Assembly (NCBI RefSeq): GCF_006345805.1
Contig: NW_021832220.1
Location: 124,001 to 188,000 of the forward strand
Direction of reading: 5' to 3'
Source: Octopus sinensis
Lineage: Eukaryota
Length of the DNA stretch: 64,000 bases
Below are positions 11,732-24,022 of this stretch, in pieces; position 1 is the first letter of the stretch, and the number at the start of each line of letters is the position of its first letter. The notes beneath the pieces were generated by a model. It was not told where the DNA came from, did no database searches, and saw nothing but the letters and a program-made list of their open reading frames with translations. The position numbers and the translations under genes are program-made.

Positions 11732-13418
11732 GGACCCTGTCGAAGGCTTTCTCCTTGTCAACAAAAGCCAGGTACAGGGGTTTATCTTTGGCTAGGTATT
11801 TCTCCTGCAGCTGACTTACCAGGAATATAGCATCAGTAGTACTTTTCCCTGGCACAAACCCAAACTGCATCTGATCTAAGCTAACTCTCTCTCTCTAATT
11901 AGTTGGGCTATAACCCTCTCCGTAACCTTCATTACCTTATTCAGCAGCTTGATACTCCTGTAATTATTTGTATCTAGGGCGTCACCTTTACCTTTGTAGC
12001 AGTTGACTATTATGCTGCTACACCAGTCATTGGGTATGACTCCTTTGTGTATCACCTGATTAACTATACGGGTGACTAGGCTATAGCCGACACTACCAGA
12101 TATTTTGAGCATCTCTGCAGTAATTCCTGATGGGCCTGGGGCTTTCCCTGTTTTCATGCTTGTAATTGCCTTAACTACTAAGGAACTGTCAACTCGGATT
12201 GCTGGTCCCTCTGTTGGGTCGACATTCGGCAGACTCTCTTTATCCCATTCATTTTCCTCATTCAGCAACCCTTCATAGTGGCGTCTCCAAACCTCTCTCT
12301 TTGCATCCTCATTTAGCACAAGTGAACCGTCATCCTTGCGAACACATTTCTCTCCTACCACGTCACGATTCTCTCTCACATACTGTCTTGCAACACGAAA
12401 TACCTCAATTCTTTCATCCTCACGGTGCAGAACATTGGCAAATTTTTTCTTATCTGCTTCCCCTCTGGCTAAATAAACCTGTCTCCTAGCTTCCCTTCTG
12501 GCAGTCTGATACACTTCCCTGCTACCACCGTTCTTCCAGTCCTTCCAAGCCTGTTTCTTTTGTCTAATAGCCCTGTCAACAATATTGTTCCATCACCACG
12601 TTATTTTGGGTCTTGAGGGGACTTTGCATCAGCCACAGATCTGGTCAGTGGCTTTCAGCAGGTTGTCCCTTAGAAGCGTCTAGTTGCCTTCTACCCCATG
12701 TGTAGCTATACCCCCCTCTATTTCGTCAAAGGCTTCAAGTAACATGTCTCTAAATCTCTGTCCATTCGCAGGGTCTTTAAGCTTCCAGACCCTTCTTCTC
12801 CATGTTGGTCGTCTTCTAGTCGTCCTCTTAGTCCTGATCCTAAAGTCACTAACTACTAGTCTATGTTGTGGGATACATTCTTCGCCAGGGAAGGTTTTGG
12901 CATTTATAAGCAGCCATCTTTCTTTTTTTCTGGCAAGGATGTAGTAGATTTGGCTAGTATGTCGGCCCGATCGGTAGGTGACCAGGTGGCTTGTAGGTTT
13001 CCTGAAGTTAGTGTTGCAAACCATAAGACTATTCGCATCACAGAACTCCAGCAGCCTGGTTCCCTCCTCGTTGCGGGAACCATAACCGTAGTCTCCATGT
13101 ACACCAAGGAAGCCCCCAGCATGTCGTCCAACATGCCCATTGAAGTCACCAGCCACAAAGAGAAGGTCCCTGTCGTTCGTCAATGAGGTGGTCTGCAGTA
13201 GGGTGTCATAGAAACAGTCTTTCTATGACACATTGGGTAGCCCTGGCTGAGGGGCATAGGCCGATATAATGGTTGCTAAACTATGATGAAGCACTAATCT
13301 AATCTTAAGTATTCTGTTGCATACTCTGACTACCTCGATTACCTTATCTACCCATTTTTCGGTGATAAGTATACCCACACCCCCGACCCCGCAGTATTCC
13401 CAGCCCAGAAAATCTTGT
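11732..13418 (-). mobile_element. RTE-clade LINE internal fragment (AP endonuclease to RT N-half), degraded
   Basis: ORFs 12680-13183 (GDFNGHVG, RNEEGTRLLEFC), 11876-12514 (KAPGPSGITAEML, NNYRSIKLL) and 11652-11870 (QFGFVPGKSTTDAIF, KAFDRV). Confidence 0.95.
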
Positions 13419-13460
13419 ATATATATATATATGTATATTTATATATATGCAAATGTATGG

Positions 13461-13496
<36 letters not shown>

Positions 13497-13540
13497 GAAT
13501 AAATGAAAGAATGGAGTCGAGCGAAGATTTTAACAAAATT

Positions 13541-13635
13541 CCTTTACTCTCGACACATGTTTCGAAGGCAGCATACTCTTAATTCCGAAGGAATAAAGGG
13601 TGCAATATGCCATCTTCTCATCAGGAAAGATAAGG
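13541..13635 (-). ncRNA. Type I minimal hammerhead ribozyme downstream of Penelope ORF
   Basis: Minus strand: ccttatctttc-CTGATGA-gaag...cttc-GAAA-C-atgt-G-TC/gagagtaaagg. Extended stems I and II; GUC cleavage between 13552 and 13551. Confidence 0.85.
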
Positions 13636-14192
13636 AGCCGCTTTCAGCCTCAAGACGAACAAAAAATTTTGATGGTTGCCTACATTGCGCCCATAGTGAT
13701 AATGAGTGTTTTTTTAAATTAATCCGTCATATGCAATGACGTCAAAAATGGATAGAAGGAGGAAGTACTAAAAATAGGCAGGGGACAATATGTATGCTGC
13801 ATGTGTGGGGATGTGCGGGTGTTTGCTTGTGTTAAAGAGTGCGGGTGTTTATGTGTGCATATGAGTGTGTGTATATAACTGCATTTGTGTCTGTGTGTGT
13901 GTGTATGTGTGAATATGTGTGATTGTGTGTGTGTGTGGGGGAGACAAATGTCAGACATACTTATTAGTAAGGTGACAAATTTGTGTCTGTGTGTTTGATT
14001 GTGTGTGTGATAGAGAGAGAGGGGGGGAGAGGGAGAGAGAGAAAGCTAAACATACGTCAAAGATATTTAGTAGCAATTTAACATATAATGGAGCAGAAAA
14101 AAAGTTCTAAGGCATATAAAAGAATTTGTCTATGGCAGTGGTGTAGATGTGAAGTTAATTGTTAAAACTACAGTGGTTATCTATATCATTTA

Positions 14193-15280
14193 TCATGTAT
14201 ATGAGTGGAAAGTGTGCTTCTGCCAATGCTTACATTTGTATGATTTTCCTATGAGTGTGTTTACTAGGGGAACCTTGGCGAAAAGGATATAGAAGAGTTC
14301 AGAATTACAAATGCCACAAAATTTTCTGCCCTTATCAAAAGGAAAGGATACAAACAATATGGACCAATTCAACTTGAAAGTTATATTGTTGTCTTTAAGA
14401 CGCCAAACTAATTTACTTAGCCCTGTACTAAATTGTTTTCTCTTATCTCGGAAAGTTGAATAATGATTGGAAATTCTCTTGGATAACTTAGAAGATGTCG
14501 CACCAATATAGAAGAAGACATCAGTACCAGAAGAAATTCTACACTGGTAAATGGAATTTTTAATTCTGGAATTACTGGACAAAAATTTTAATCTGTTAGG
14601 GTTTTCCTCCGAGATCGAGATGGAGTTTTTATTGTTATGATTGCTGTTTTTATTACTGCTAGCGTTAACAACTACATTATTTCTATTATTATTATTATTA
14701 TTAATTGTACTATAACCGGCAATATCTCCGACAATAGAACCGTTGTTGTTGTTACCATCAACAGTACCATTGTTATTAACCTGACTAATACTATTATTAA
14801 TATTATCATCACTAACACTAACGCTGCTACGAATGCTGTTACTATCAATACTATTTCTATTATTATGGTTGTATGACTGGTTGGAATTGGTAAGAGTAGT
14901 GTTGGAACTCCCGGGTGAAGAATCTTTGTTTAGCAGCTTGTTATCATGGGAAGCAATAATTTGCGAAAGATTCCTAGTGTTAGAGAATGCAATTCTTACC
15001 TTGTGTGAATTGATAATAGAATGATACCTAGAATTACTGGGAAAGTTCCTAGCAACGGCTTCACGGAACTGTAAGGGAAGGTTCGATTTGATTTGTTTTC
15101 TGAAAGGTAGCAAAACCAGATACAGTTTTTTGTGGACTTAGAATTGTTCCTAGCGTTATTTTTGACAGTAAGGGGAAAATTTCTGTGCTGGAAATTTGGG
15201 GTTGGGTGGCGGTTACCTCCCCTGGCCCGTAAAGGATTTATCTTACGTACAGGGGTGCCGACGCTATTAGAATTGAAATC
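14193..15280 (-). mobile_element. Penelope-like element 3' part, GIY-YIG endonuclease ORF (14193-15113) with Asn-rich insert
   Basis: WF.LPF..IKSN...NFP...KVRIAFSNTRNLSQIIASH linker; IYQCRI...YIGAT..KRISNH; LSKLVWRLKD..WSI..CGICNSE..CKHWQK, typical of PLE GIY-YIG C-termini. Confidence 0.88.
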
Positions 15281-16650
15281 ATTATTTTTATTATTTCTAT
15301 TACGAGTAGTTTTCCACGAGAAACCACTCGTTGCAACCTTCAGGCATCAGTCAGCTAACCAGCGTCATCCTTCTGTTGGTACTGCATTGATCTCTATTTT
15401 ATTTTATTTTTGCCAAGTTCTTGGTAAAATCTTAAATGATAAACTTCTGGAAAGTTTTACAGATTTTTACAGTTCCAGTGATGGATTGGATCTGTAGTCT
15501 TTGAATTAGCTTTCTCCTTTCTAGTTTTGAGAAGCTTAATTTCTCAAGATTGGTATTTAGGCAGTGTGAAACAAATCCCAGAGCCCCAATAATTGCAGGT
15601 ATAAACCTGAACTTGTACTCTGGATAGAGTAACTGCAGATTTCTCAATTGTTCAGCATAGGTGTTCTCTTTTTCACTGATCTTCAGCTTTATGTTAACAT
15701 CCGCTGGGCTGCTGATTTCCACAACTGTACACAATTTCTCTTCTCTATCCCAAATCAGGTCTATTGTGTTTACATTTTATTGAGGTTTTCACTGGGACAT
15801 TCCACCAGTACTCCTTTATTATTATGAGTGGCTATGGCTTTTACAATACTGCAGGTTCTTATTTCTTTGTCCTCGGGCTTATCCTTCTGACGGATCGCAT
15901 TATAGTGTGTCCTAGCTACAACATCATGTCTCATCGGTAGATAACACTGTGATGATACTTTTGGACAACTGCTTATATTATGGTGATATCTTCAGTGTTA
16001 ACTCCACAAAATCTGCATCAGTTATCACATTTTGCTACTTTTCTCCGCATCCCTGTCCCTTTTGTGCATCAGGTGCTTGGTTGGTATTTCCTGTTCCTGA
16101 ATTGCAAATGCATACCATTCAAAGTGGGAGGTAGTAATCCGATTGTTGGTCCATGGTAGACTGCTTTGATGATCAACGTTACTATCATCTTGGAGCTTTC
16201 TAATAACATATCCATGCATGGTTTTTCTGCTCATATACGCTTAACCTTTCATCTGAATATACATTTCAGTAGAGTCATGCGACTTCTTTGTATTTATGGT
16301 CATCAAACAAGGAATGCTGCTCAAGGAGCTACTTTTCAAGTGTTATGATGTTGTCAGCCTCATGTATGCAAAACTCGCCAAGGGACGCACTTCAACACTT
16401 TGTAGTGAAAATATGTTGCCAAAGGGATATGATACAACATTCAAAGGCAGTCTGGATTGATGTTAAGCCTCTGCCACCTTCTTTCCATTTTAGGTAGAGG
16501 TGGTCTGTGCCAGTGTTGATGTGAAAATTATGTGTGCTGGTTAGTATCTTCTGGGTTTTCCCATCAATGGTCCCAGCGACCTCACAGGTTGTGTAGTAGG
16601 TAGTATGGATGTGGTTTAAATCAAGGCGGCAAGCTGGCAGAATCGTTATC
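15281..16650 (-). mobile_element. Dong/R4-like REL-endonuclease LINE, 5'-truncated, degraded
   Basis: MHGYV..SHFEWYAFAIQEQEI, EISSPADVNIKLKISEKENTY..FIPAIIGALG. Its 3' UTR ends in aataataa next to the PLE Asn-codon tract. Confidence 0.85.
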
Positions 16651-16845
16651 ACGCTGGGTGAAATGCTTAGTGGTATTTCATCTGTTTCTACGTTCTGAGT
16701 TCAAATTCTGCCAAGGTCAACTTTGCCTTTCATCCTGTTGGGGTCGATCAAATAAGTACCAGTTATGCACTGGGGTAGATGTAATCGACTTAATCTCTTC
16801 CCCCAAATTTCAGGTCTTGTGCCTACAGTAGAAAGAACATCGTTT
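16650..16845 (+). mobile_element. SINE fragment (Nin-domain-like core)
   Basis: ctgagttcaaattc B-box followed by gcctttcatcctgttggggtcgatcaaataagtacca. Confidence 0.6.
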
Positions 16846-16974
16846 CACTCTACCCACCTATAAACAGATTTTGCTGTGGAAAAATGCATTGAGAGTGAAG
16901 TAGTGTTCCCTGAATTCAACATGAGGGGACTGGGCCTCCTCCAAAAACTAACATATGACTGTAATTACCTAGAT

Positions 16975-17560
16975 AACCACGTCCTAAGTAGATTCTGTCA
17001 CACCAGGCCAGAAAGGAAGAGACCACCCATCATCACCTCGACAGTGAAAAAAAGCACCATGGAGAACTAGAGTGGCTGGACCATACCCACCCAGGACCCT
17101 GAGAATGACAATCAGGTGAAAAGAATAATTGCATACACTATAGGAGCTGGCGTGAGAACCACCTTGAAGAACCACATAGTGAAGTTTGACAGCAAACTAT
17201 ACATGCATGTTCAAGGTGCAGCTGTCAGTGTCGGTCTGCTGGGGATGTGGCCTGCCTCTTCATGACCTGGTGGGACAGAAAACTTAACACAGTCCCTAGC
17301 TGAATAATCCATAACTATTGCATTATTGTAGATATGTAGATGACATCAATATTCTAGTGAGGGCAAACCGATGTAACTGTACTGAAGAAACCGGGAGGAG
17401 CATAATAACGAGCATTCAGCACGTAGCTCGCTCCGTCCACTAATTTATCTTGGTAACTATAGATCATCCCAATAGGCACCCTAACAATAAACTCCCTGTC
17501 CTTGATACTGAACTTTGGTTTGAGACTGTAAACAACAGAGAGCAGCTCCTCCGTTATAAA
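16975..17560 (+). mobile_element. Penelope-like element RT fragment (left part, split by LINE insertion)
   Basis: KFDSKLYMHVQGAAV..MTWWDRKL..RYVDDINILV..NKLPVLDTELWFE..EQLLRYK. Confidence 0.8.
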
Positions 17561-17579
17561 TAGTCAGCTCAACGAACAG

Positions 17580-18950
17580 TTGCTGTTGCTCAAACAAGAG
17601 GTTGAGCACCTAAAGTCTGTTGTTGCTCTCTTACTGAATAAACAGTCTCCTGTTGACGCAGAGTCACCCTTGATTTCTTCCCTGGAGACGTCCAAACCGA
17701 AGGGAAAAAAATCGAGGCGGCCAAAGAAGGCGAAGGAACCGGCGGTCGTTTCTGCACATGATCGTTCCCGTGCGGATTCTTCCTCATCTGCCTTTTCGGT
17801 CCCGGAGGTTCCCCAACCTAATTTGAGGAGCGTAGACTCAAACCCACCTGAAGACCGTTGTTCTCCCCAAAAGAAGAAACGTCGTCAAAACTCCAGTGGG
17901 GCGGATTTAGCTATGAAACCTGACCACGATAAACGGTCTCCTGTTGACGCAGAGTCACCCTTGATTTCTTCCCTGGAGATGTCCAAACCGAAGGGAACAA
18001 AATCGAAGCGGCCAAAGAAGGCGAAGGAACCGGCGGTCGTTCCTGCACATGATCGTTCCTGTGCGGATTCTTCCTCATCTGCCTTTTCGGCCCCGGAGGT
18101 TCCCCAACCTAGTTCGAGGAGCGTAGACTCAAACCCACCTGAAGACCGTTGTTCTCCCCAAAAGAAGAAACGTAGTCAAAACTCCAGAGGGGCAGATTTG
18201 GCTATGAAACCTGATCACGATAATATCTGTTTGGATTCTCCTTCACTTGTCCTTCCCATTAATGCTATTGCTCAACCAATTCTGAACGATCTCGATGTGG
18301 GTTCATCTGGGGAGTGGTGCTCCCCCAAACCGAAGAAGAGGCAGTGCAGTTCCAAACCAGGCGGGAAAATTATGACCATTAAATCCATTCCGATCGACCC
18401 CACAGGCCGACATAAGTCCGATGGCTATGAAACCACCCTTTCGAAATCCTCCAATGAAGAATCGAATACCGCAGCTCATAGTAGAGAACTTTTTGCCCAC
18501 TCAAGATCGGCAATAATATATGGCAAAGCTGAATCCACCTGTGATACAGGCATAAACCGCCTAAAAGATGACATTAATTTTGTTTCCATTTTGGTTGGAA
18601 AATTGTTCTCTGTGAACGAAAATGTCAGTGTTCTTAAGGTCGCTCGGCTAGGAAGATTCCAAGCGAACCCAACCGCAGATACTAGACCACGCCCAATAAG
18701 GGTAATCTTTTCTTCTGATCAGGAGGCTTCAGTCTTTCTGAACAGAGCTCAGACGCATGCCTGGGAGGACCTCAATATGGGTTTTCGCGAGGAATACTCA
18801 CTAAGAGAGAGAATTCGCCGGAGGAACCTGATATCCGAGCTAAAGATGAGGAAACAAATGGGAGAGAAGGGTTTACGAATCCAAGTTGGACAGATAATCA
18901 AGTCCTACCTCTGGTCTCATGCTGTAGTGCTGACAGGGAAAGTGATGTGA
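17580..18950 (+). CDS. LINE ORF1 protein (456 aa) with internal 97-aa duplication
   Basis: Open ORF directly upstream of ORF2; C-terminal IIYG..E...RLG...RPRPIRVIF region typical of CR1-group ORF1. Confidence 0.8.
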   Translation: MLLLKQEVEHLKSVVALLLNKQSPVDAESPLISSLETSKPKGKKSRRPKKAKEPAVVSAHDRSRADSSSSAFSVPEVPQPNLRSVDSNPPEDRCSPQKKKRRQNSSGADLAMKPDHDKRSPVDAESPLISSLEMSKPKGTKSKRPKKAKEPAVVPAHDRSCADSSSSAFSAPEVPQPSSRSVDSNPPEDRCSPQKKKRSQNSRGADLAMKPDHDNICLDSPSLVLPINAIAQPILNDLDVGSSGEWCSPKPKKRQCSSKPGGKIMTIKSIPIDPTGRHKSDGYETTLSKSSNEESNTAAHSRELFAHSRSAIIYGKAESTCDTGINRLKDDINFVSILVGKLFSVNENVSVLKVARLGRFQANPTADTRPRPIRVIFSSDQEASVFLNRAQTHAWEDLNMGFREEYSLRERIRRRNLISELKMRKQMGEKGLRIQVGQIIKSYLWSHAVVLTGKVM

Positions 18951-21822
18951 GGGCAAATCGAAGTGAAGTTGATACCCCCGTCAACGATGCTATCTCTGAT
19001 GCCCTTTATTCTGCTTGTTTCCCAACTCCCGCCCCTCAGACTTCACAGCTCAGCATCGTCTACACCAACTCGTGCTCCTTATTCCCAAAGTTCAGTGAAC
19101 TATTTACACTGGCCCTACGCGACTCCCCTGATGTGATAGCTATCACCGAGACTTGGCTGACTCCAGCAGTAAAGGACTCAGAGATCCACCTGCAGGGCTA
19201 CGTCCTTTTCAGATGTGACAGAGGAAAAAGGCGAGGTGGAGGTGTTGCTGTGTATGTTAAGTCTGAGCACAAACCGTCCTGCGGTATTCTACCCACAAAT
19301 GCTCAACCTACAACCAAATTCGATGCCGTCTATTGCAAGCTGAGCCTATCTGAGTTTTGCCTGCCCGTGTTGGCTGTCTACAGGCCGCCTCTAGCCGACC
19401 CCCGGACGATGCTCATCTACTCGAAGCGATAAGATTCGTTTCAGCTTCGCATGACTGCTTGGTACTAGGCGACTTCAACGCTCCCACGATCGATTGGCCC
19501 GCATCAATTTGTACAACATCTTCCCTGTTCGGCCAGGCCCTTCTTGACGTGGCTGAAGATTGTTTTCTCTCGCAACATGTTGAATATCCGACAAGGCATC
19601 GGTCTGGGCAGCAGCCATCTATGCTAGATCTGGTATTCTCCTGCTATCCAAGATCAGTGTCAGACGTATCTGTGTGCGCCCCTCTTGCCAAGAGTGATCA
19701 TGTGGTCCTGAAGTTCGTCATGCACACAACTTTTTCCACGCCCACGATTACTTCGCTGCCACGTAGAGTCTTCTCTGCAATTAATCTTGAAATTCTAACC
19801 GAGGCTTCTGGACTGGCGTTCCCTGATGACGTTGTCCTCAGTTGACGAACTATGGTCATCCCTCAAAGCATATGTAATCTGTTTGACTGACCAGGCAGTT
19901 CCCGTTGGACTTCCCAAGAGGAAGAAACACAAGCCCTGGGTGACGAAGAAGGTTAAACGAGAACGTCGACTCAGAGATATTGCTTGGGCTGAATTCAAAA
20001 ATCTGGATTCGACTGCAGCTTTTGAGGTGTACAAAACTCAACGAGACCGAGCCGTGAAAATTGAAAAGAAAGAACGCTTCAGTTATGAATACAAAATCGC
20101 GGCAAATGCCAGTAGCAATCCAAAAACCTTCTTTGCCCATGTCCAGCGGAATTCCCGCTTGAACAACCAGATTGCAACGTTGGTAGACTCAACAGGCGTA
20201 TCGATTGAGGACCCTTATCAACAGAGTCAATTATTTGCCGAGGCTTTTTCAACTATTTTCAAACAAGATGATGGTCGTGAACCCCCTCCATTTGATAGAT
20301 CGGTACCTCCAATGCTTCGATTGATCATCACGCGGGACGAAGTCAAACGTGTTATTCAAGGCCTCGATGTCAACAAGGGTCACGGCCCTGACGGCATACA
20401 CCCACGGGTTATCAAAGCGTTGGCTCCGGTCATCTGCGAGCCCTTAACACGACTATTCAATATGTCATTGGTGACGGGTGTTATACCTGCAGACTGGAGA
20501 ACAGCGATAATCTGCCCAATTTTCAAGAAAGGGAGCCGCGAAGACCCGCTTAACTACCGACCGGTTTCCCTTACATCAATAATCAGCAAGATGTTCGAAA
20601 CCATCCTTAAGAAAAGTATGATGCTCCACCTCCTAAACACAGCCTCGATCACTGATTCCCAACACGCTTCGTGCCGAAGAGATCATGCTTGACCAACTTA
20701 CTAGTAATGGAAGAATTGGTGACGCGCATCCTCGATGATAGTGATGCTATTGACATCGTTTTATTGGACTTTGCCAAAGCTTTTGACTCGGTAAACCACC
20801 GCCTACTACTTGTCAAGCTTCAAGCATATAGTTTCCATCCGGATATTGTACGATGGGTTGGTGCCTTCCTCTCAGATCGCTCCTTCCAAGTTCAAGTTAA
20901 TGGTTCGCGGTCCGACGTCTCCAGTGCGAGCAGTGGCATGCCTCAAGGTTCAGTGCTTGGGCCCTTGTTGTTCTTAGTCTTCATAAATGACTTGCCCGAC
21001 GACCTCACGCAACACACCCTTCTATTTGCCGACGATATCAAACTGGTCGCTCCTCGCGGTAGTATAGAGGATCTTCGTCGATGCCTCCACCAAATTTGGA
21101 AGTGGTCTAACGATTGGGACCTGTGTCTGAACGTGTCAAAGTGCTGTCATCTGCCTGTCGGCTCTACTCCTGCAACTCAACTTGATTTCAAGCCGGGTCG
21201 TCTGCTGCTGGAGAGGACCGATCAGGTAAAGGACCTGGGTATCTTGGTGGATTCCTCCTTTTCGCCTTCGGCCCAGTGCGTCCATGCTGCCAACAAAGCG
21301 CGCGGAATTCTGTTTTTGATTCGACGGTCATTCGGAATGCTCACAGCAGCCATATTCCTGCCACTCTATGTCACGCTGGTGAGACCCATATTGGAGTATG
21401 GGATTCAAGCCTCTTCTCCTTATCTCCTCAAAGACATACAGCACCTCGAAAGAGTCCAGAGGCTGGCTACCCGCATGGTTCATGGTCTCAAAATTTGTCC
21501 TACGAAGAAGGCTGAGGACGCTCGACCTTTATTCTCTTGAAAAACGCCGCCGCCGTGGTGATCTCATTCTCGCCCACAACATCATAAGCGGGAAGTGTAA
21601 CCTCTCGAAAGAGCTGTTCTTCACTCCTGCTCCGGAGCGTCGGCTGCGGGGTCATTTGAAAAGCTCTACCTGCGACGATTTCATCTCAATCGAAGGAGAG
21701 GAGCTTTCTCCGTCCGGGTTGCGGATCCGTGGAACAAGCTGCCAGACGAGATGGTGAAGATGCCGACGACCGCTTTGTTAAAAGCCTCCCTGGACCTCAA
21801 GTGGACTGAACTCTTTACATGA
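18947..21822 (+). pseudogene. LINE ORF2 (APE endonuclease + reverse transcriptase), frameshifted as assembled
   Basis: YTN..SL, IAITETWL, GDFNAP, LDLVF, SDH; LDFAKAFDSV, PQGSVLGPLLF, FADDIK, LVRPILEY, WNKLP; terminal TGA 21820-21822. Confidence 0.93.
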
Positions 21823-21909
21823 ACACCACCCTGTACTTAACTCCATGTCCCCCTACATGGCCTTGCTATTTGCTTTTGAGCCAAATTAACTAACTAACTA
21901 ACTAACTAA

Positions 21910-22570
21910 CATTACATGAAACTCACAGCTTCTAAATATGTTGTACACAAGAAATTAGCCTTGTCACACTTCATGAAAATTACAATACTGATAGCAGACA
22001 TACGATAATGAATAACATGTCCCCCTATGCAAACCCTATGAAACAAGGTAACATATAGAACTCTTCATACACTGCATGCAATTCTCTGGGTATGACCAGA
22101 AAGATATGACTTGTGTATATAGGGGAGCTAGAAGGTAATTAGATAACATTACATGTGATGAAGCCAGTGGTACCCACCCTAGATACAAATGTAAAAACTG
22201 GAATAGTAAACAGGATTAGTGACAAAGCAAAAAGAGTGAACACATGGTACAGGGCTGACAAATACCAAGGGGTGATGTTTGTAGAGGCCACATCTTATGG
22301 GGAATCAGCCTGTAGATTCAGGAAGGTTCTAAAGGAGATCAGACTCAGTGTTGGGATCGTTGAGAAGACAGGTGGCTCCATCAGATTGCAGTTATGTAGG
22401 ACGAAGACCCTTCGGAAATACCACATGCATTAATGAGAACTGCGCAGTATGTAAGATTAACCCCTGGCATTAACTGTAAAATTAGAAATGTAGTCTACAG
22501 CATAAGGTGCGAAGAAGGTTCTTGTAAGGACAAAAACACGGCATACATTGGAGAGATCTCTAGAAGTAGA
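21910..22570 (+). mobile_element. Penelope-like element right part (RT thumb to GIY-YIG)
   Basis: HYMKLTASKYVVHKK continues the frame from 17560; NCKIRNVVYSIRC..C..AYIGEISRS is a GIY-YIG motif. Confidence 0.8.
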
Positions 22571-22665
22571 TGTAACTTTTTTTTTCCAATCATTTGCCAT
22601 GCTGGATTGCTGAAATCTACAAGCTTTTTCATTCTCCTTTTCATCTGTTTATTTTCTCTTATTCC

Positions 22666-22700
22666 TTTCTGTTGAAGAGCATAGGCTCAAAACGTAAAAA
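22666..22700 (+). ncRNA. Degenerate hammerhead ribozyme
   Basis: tttCTGTTGA-a-gagc-atag-gctc-AAAAC-GTA has two core substitutions (A6, G12). It lies about 100 bp after the PLE GIY-YIG. Confidence 0.4.
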
Positions 22701-23109
22701 ACTTGTTCATTTTCCCGAGTGTCAAACTAATATTATATATATATGCGTGTGTGCATGCGCATGTGTGTGTGTGTGTGCAATAAAATACACACATAGACTC
22801 TCAGCTAATACTACTATGGATCACGCTGCCTAAATTGTTTAGTAGCGACTAAAGAAGTATTAGTCCTCATTCTGTATATCATAATTAACGCAGATATTCT
22901 ATTGTAAGCCTAGAAACTGCGATATTTGTCTTGACAGAGTAGACCTTATATACATTTAAGACATAGTTTTAAAAAGTAGTGCTTTTACAAAACAAATTGT
23001 AGTATTTTTCGTTATAGCTTCAAATACAAATAGGTATCTGGCCTAAATTCCTGGTTTGTATCTTCCAACATTGTCGTAATCAGGCCAAGACTGATCAACA
23101 GAATTATGT

Positions 23110-23180
<71 letters not shown>

Positions 23181-23274
23181 ATTGATGAGGAAAACGGAAA
23201 ATGAATTTGGTATGAATCTTTATTCAGTATAACCATTATTTCGACCCAGTAGCTGTCTCTTCTCTCAACACACA

Positions 23275-23845
23275 ACCCAAGAAATGCAGAAGCTTACACT
23301 ATTATATACAACAACATTCCACAGCTAAATCAAGACCCACGCCTAAAAAAATTACTCGCAACTCACAAAATAATAAAAAGTAAGGGACAACCTAAATCCC
23401 TAAAAAACCTACTCACCAACTCAAAATTACACAACACAAACCCACTGCCCACCGTCAAAAAATGTGGTCGTTCCAACTGCAGGACTTGCATCCACCTCTT
23501 TGAGGGATCGACGTACAAGTTCCAGTCGGGATACACCTTTATCATAAAAAATAATTTCACCTGCGCATCTGTGTCATAAGATGTGAAGGGTGTCACGAAG
23601 ACTACATAGGGCAAACGAGCCTTACCCTCAGAGAAAGGATGACAGTTCACCGCCAAGAACTGAGGGACCCCACCACAAGACAGATACCACTTAGTGGACA
23701 CTTAGACCTCTGTGCACACAATAAGTCCCCCAAATTCTTAGTTTCCCCACTATACCAATGCCCAGACAATACCACAGACCAAACATGAATAAATAGGGAA
23801 AATAATTTAATTCAAAAATACAGACCACAATTAAACATACTCTAA
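23275..23845 (+). mobile_element. Penelope-like GIY-YIG endonuclease fragment
   Basis: KKCGRSNCRTC..NFTCAS / CEGCHEDYIGQTSLTLRERMTVHRQ..PLSGHLDLC..RENNLIQKYRPQLN (frameshifted). Confidence 0.85.
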
Positions 23846-24022
23846 CATACCCCCCAGGCACACATCCAAAACAAACATGCACAGAAACACATACAGATAT
23901 ACAAAATCAGAGCATCACAACAAATCACAGCACATACCCAAGGCACACAGAGCTGCGCTCGGTAGTGAAGTGAAAGCACGCTATAAAAATAAAACTACTG
24001 AATAATAATAATAATAATAATA

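Larger units (their letters stand above)
17561..21909 (+). mobile_element. Near full-length CR1-group LINE with ORF1, ORF2 and (TAAC)n tail
   Basis: Two overlapping ORFs, APE and RT motifs, 3' UTR and taactaactaac tail 21887-21909. Visibly more GC-rich than its flanks. Confidence 0.95.
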
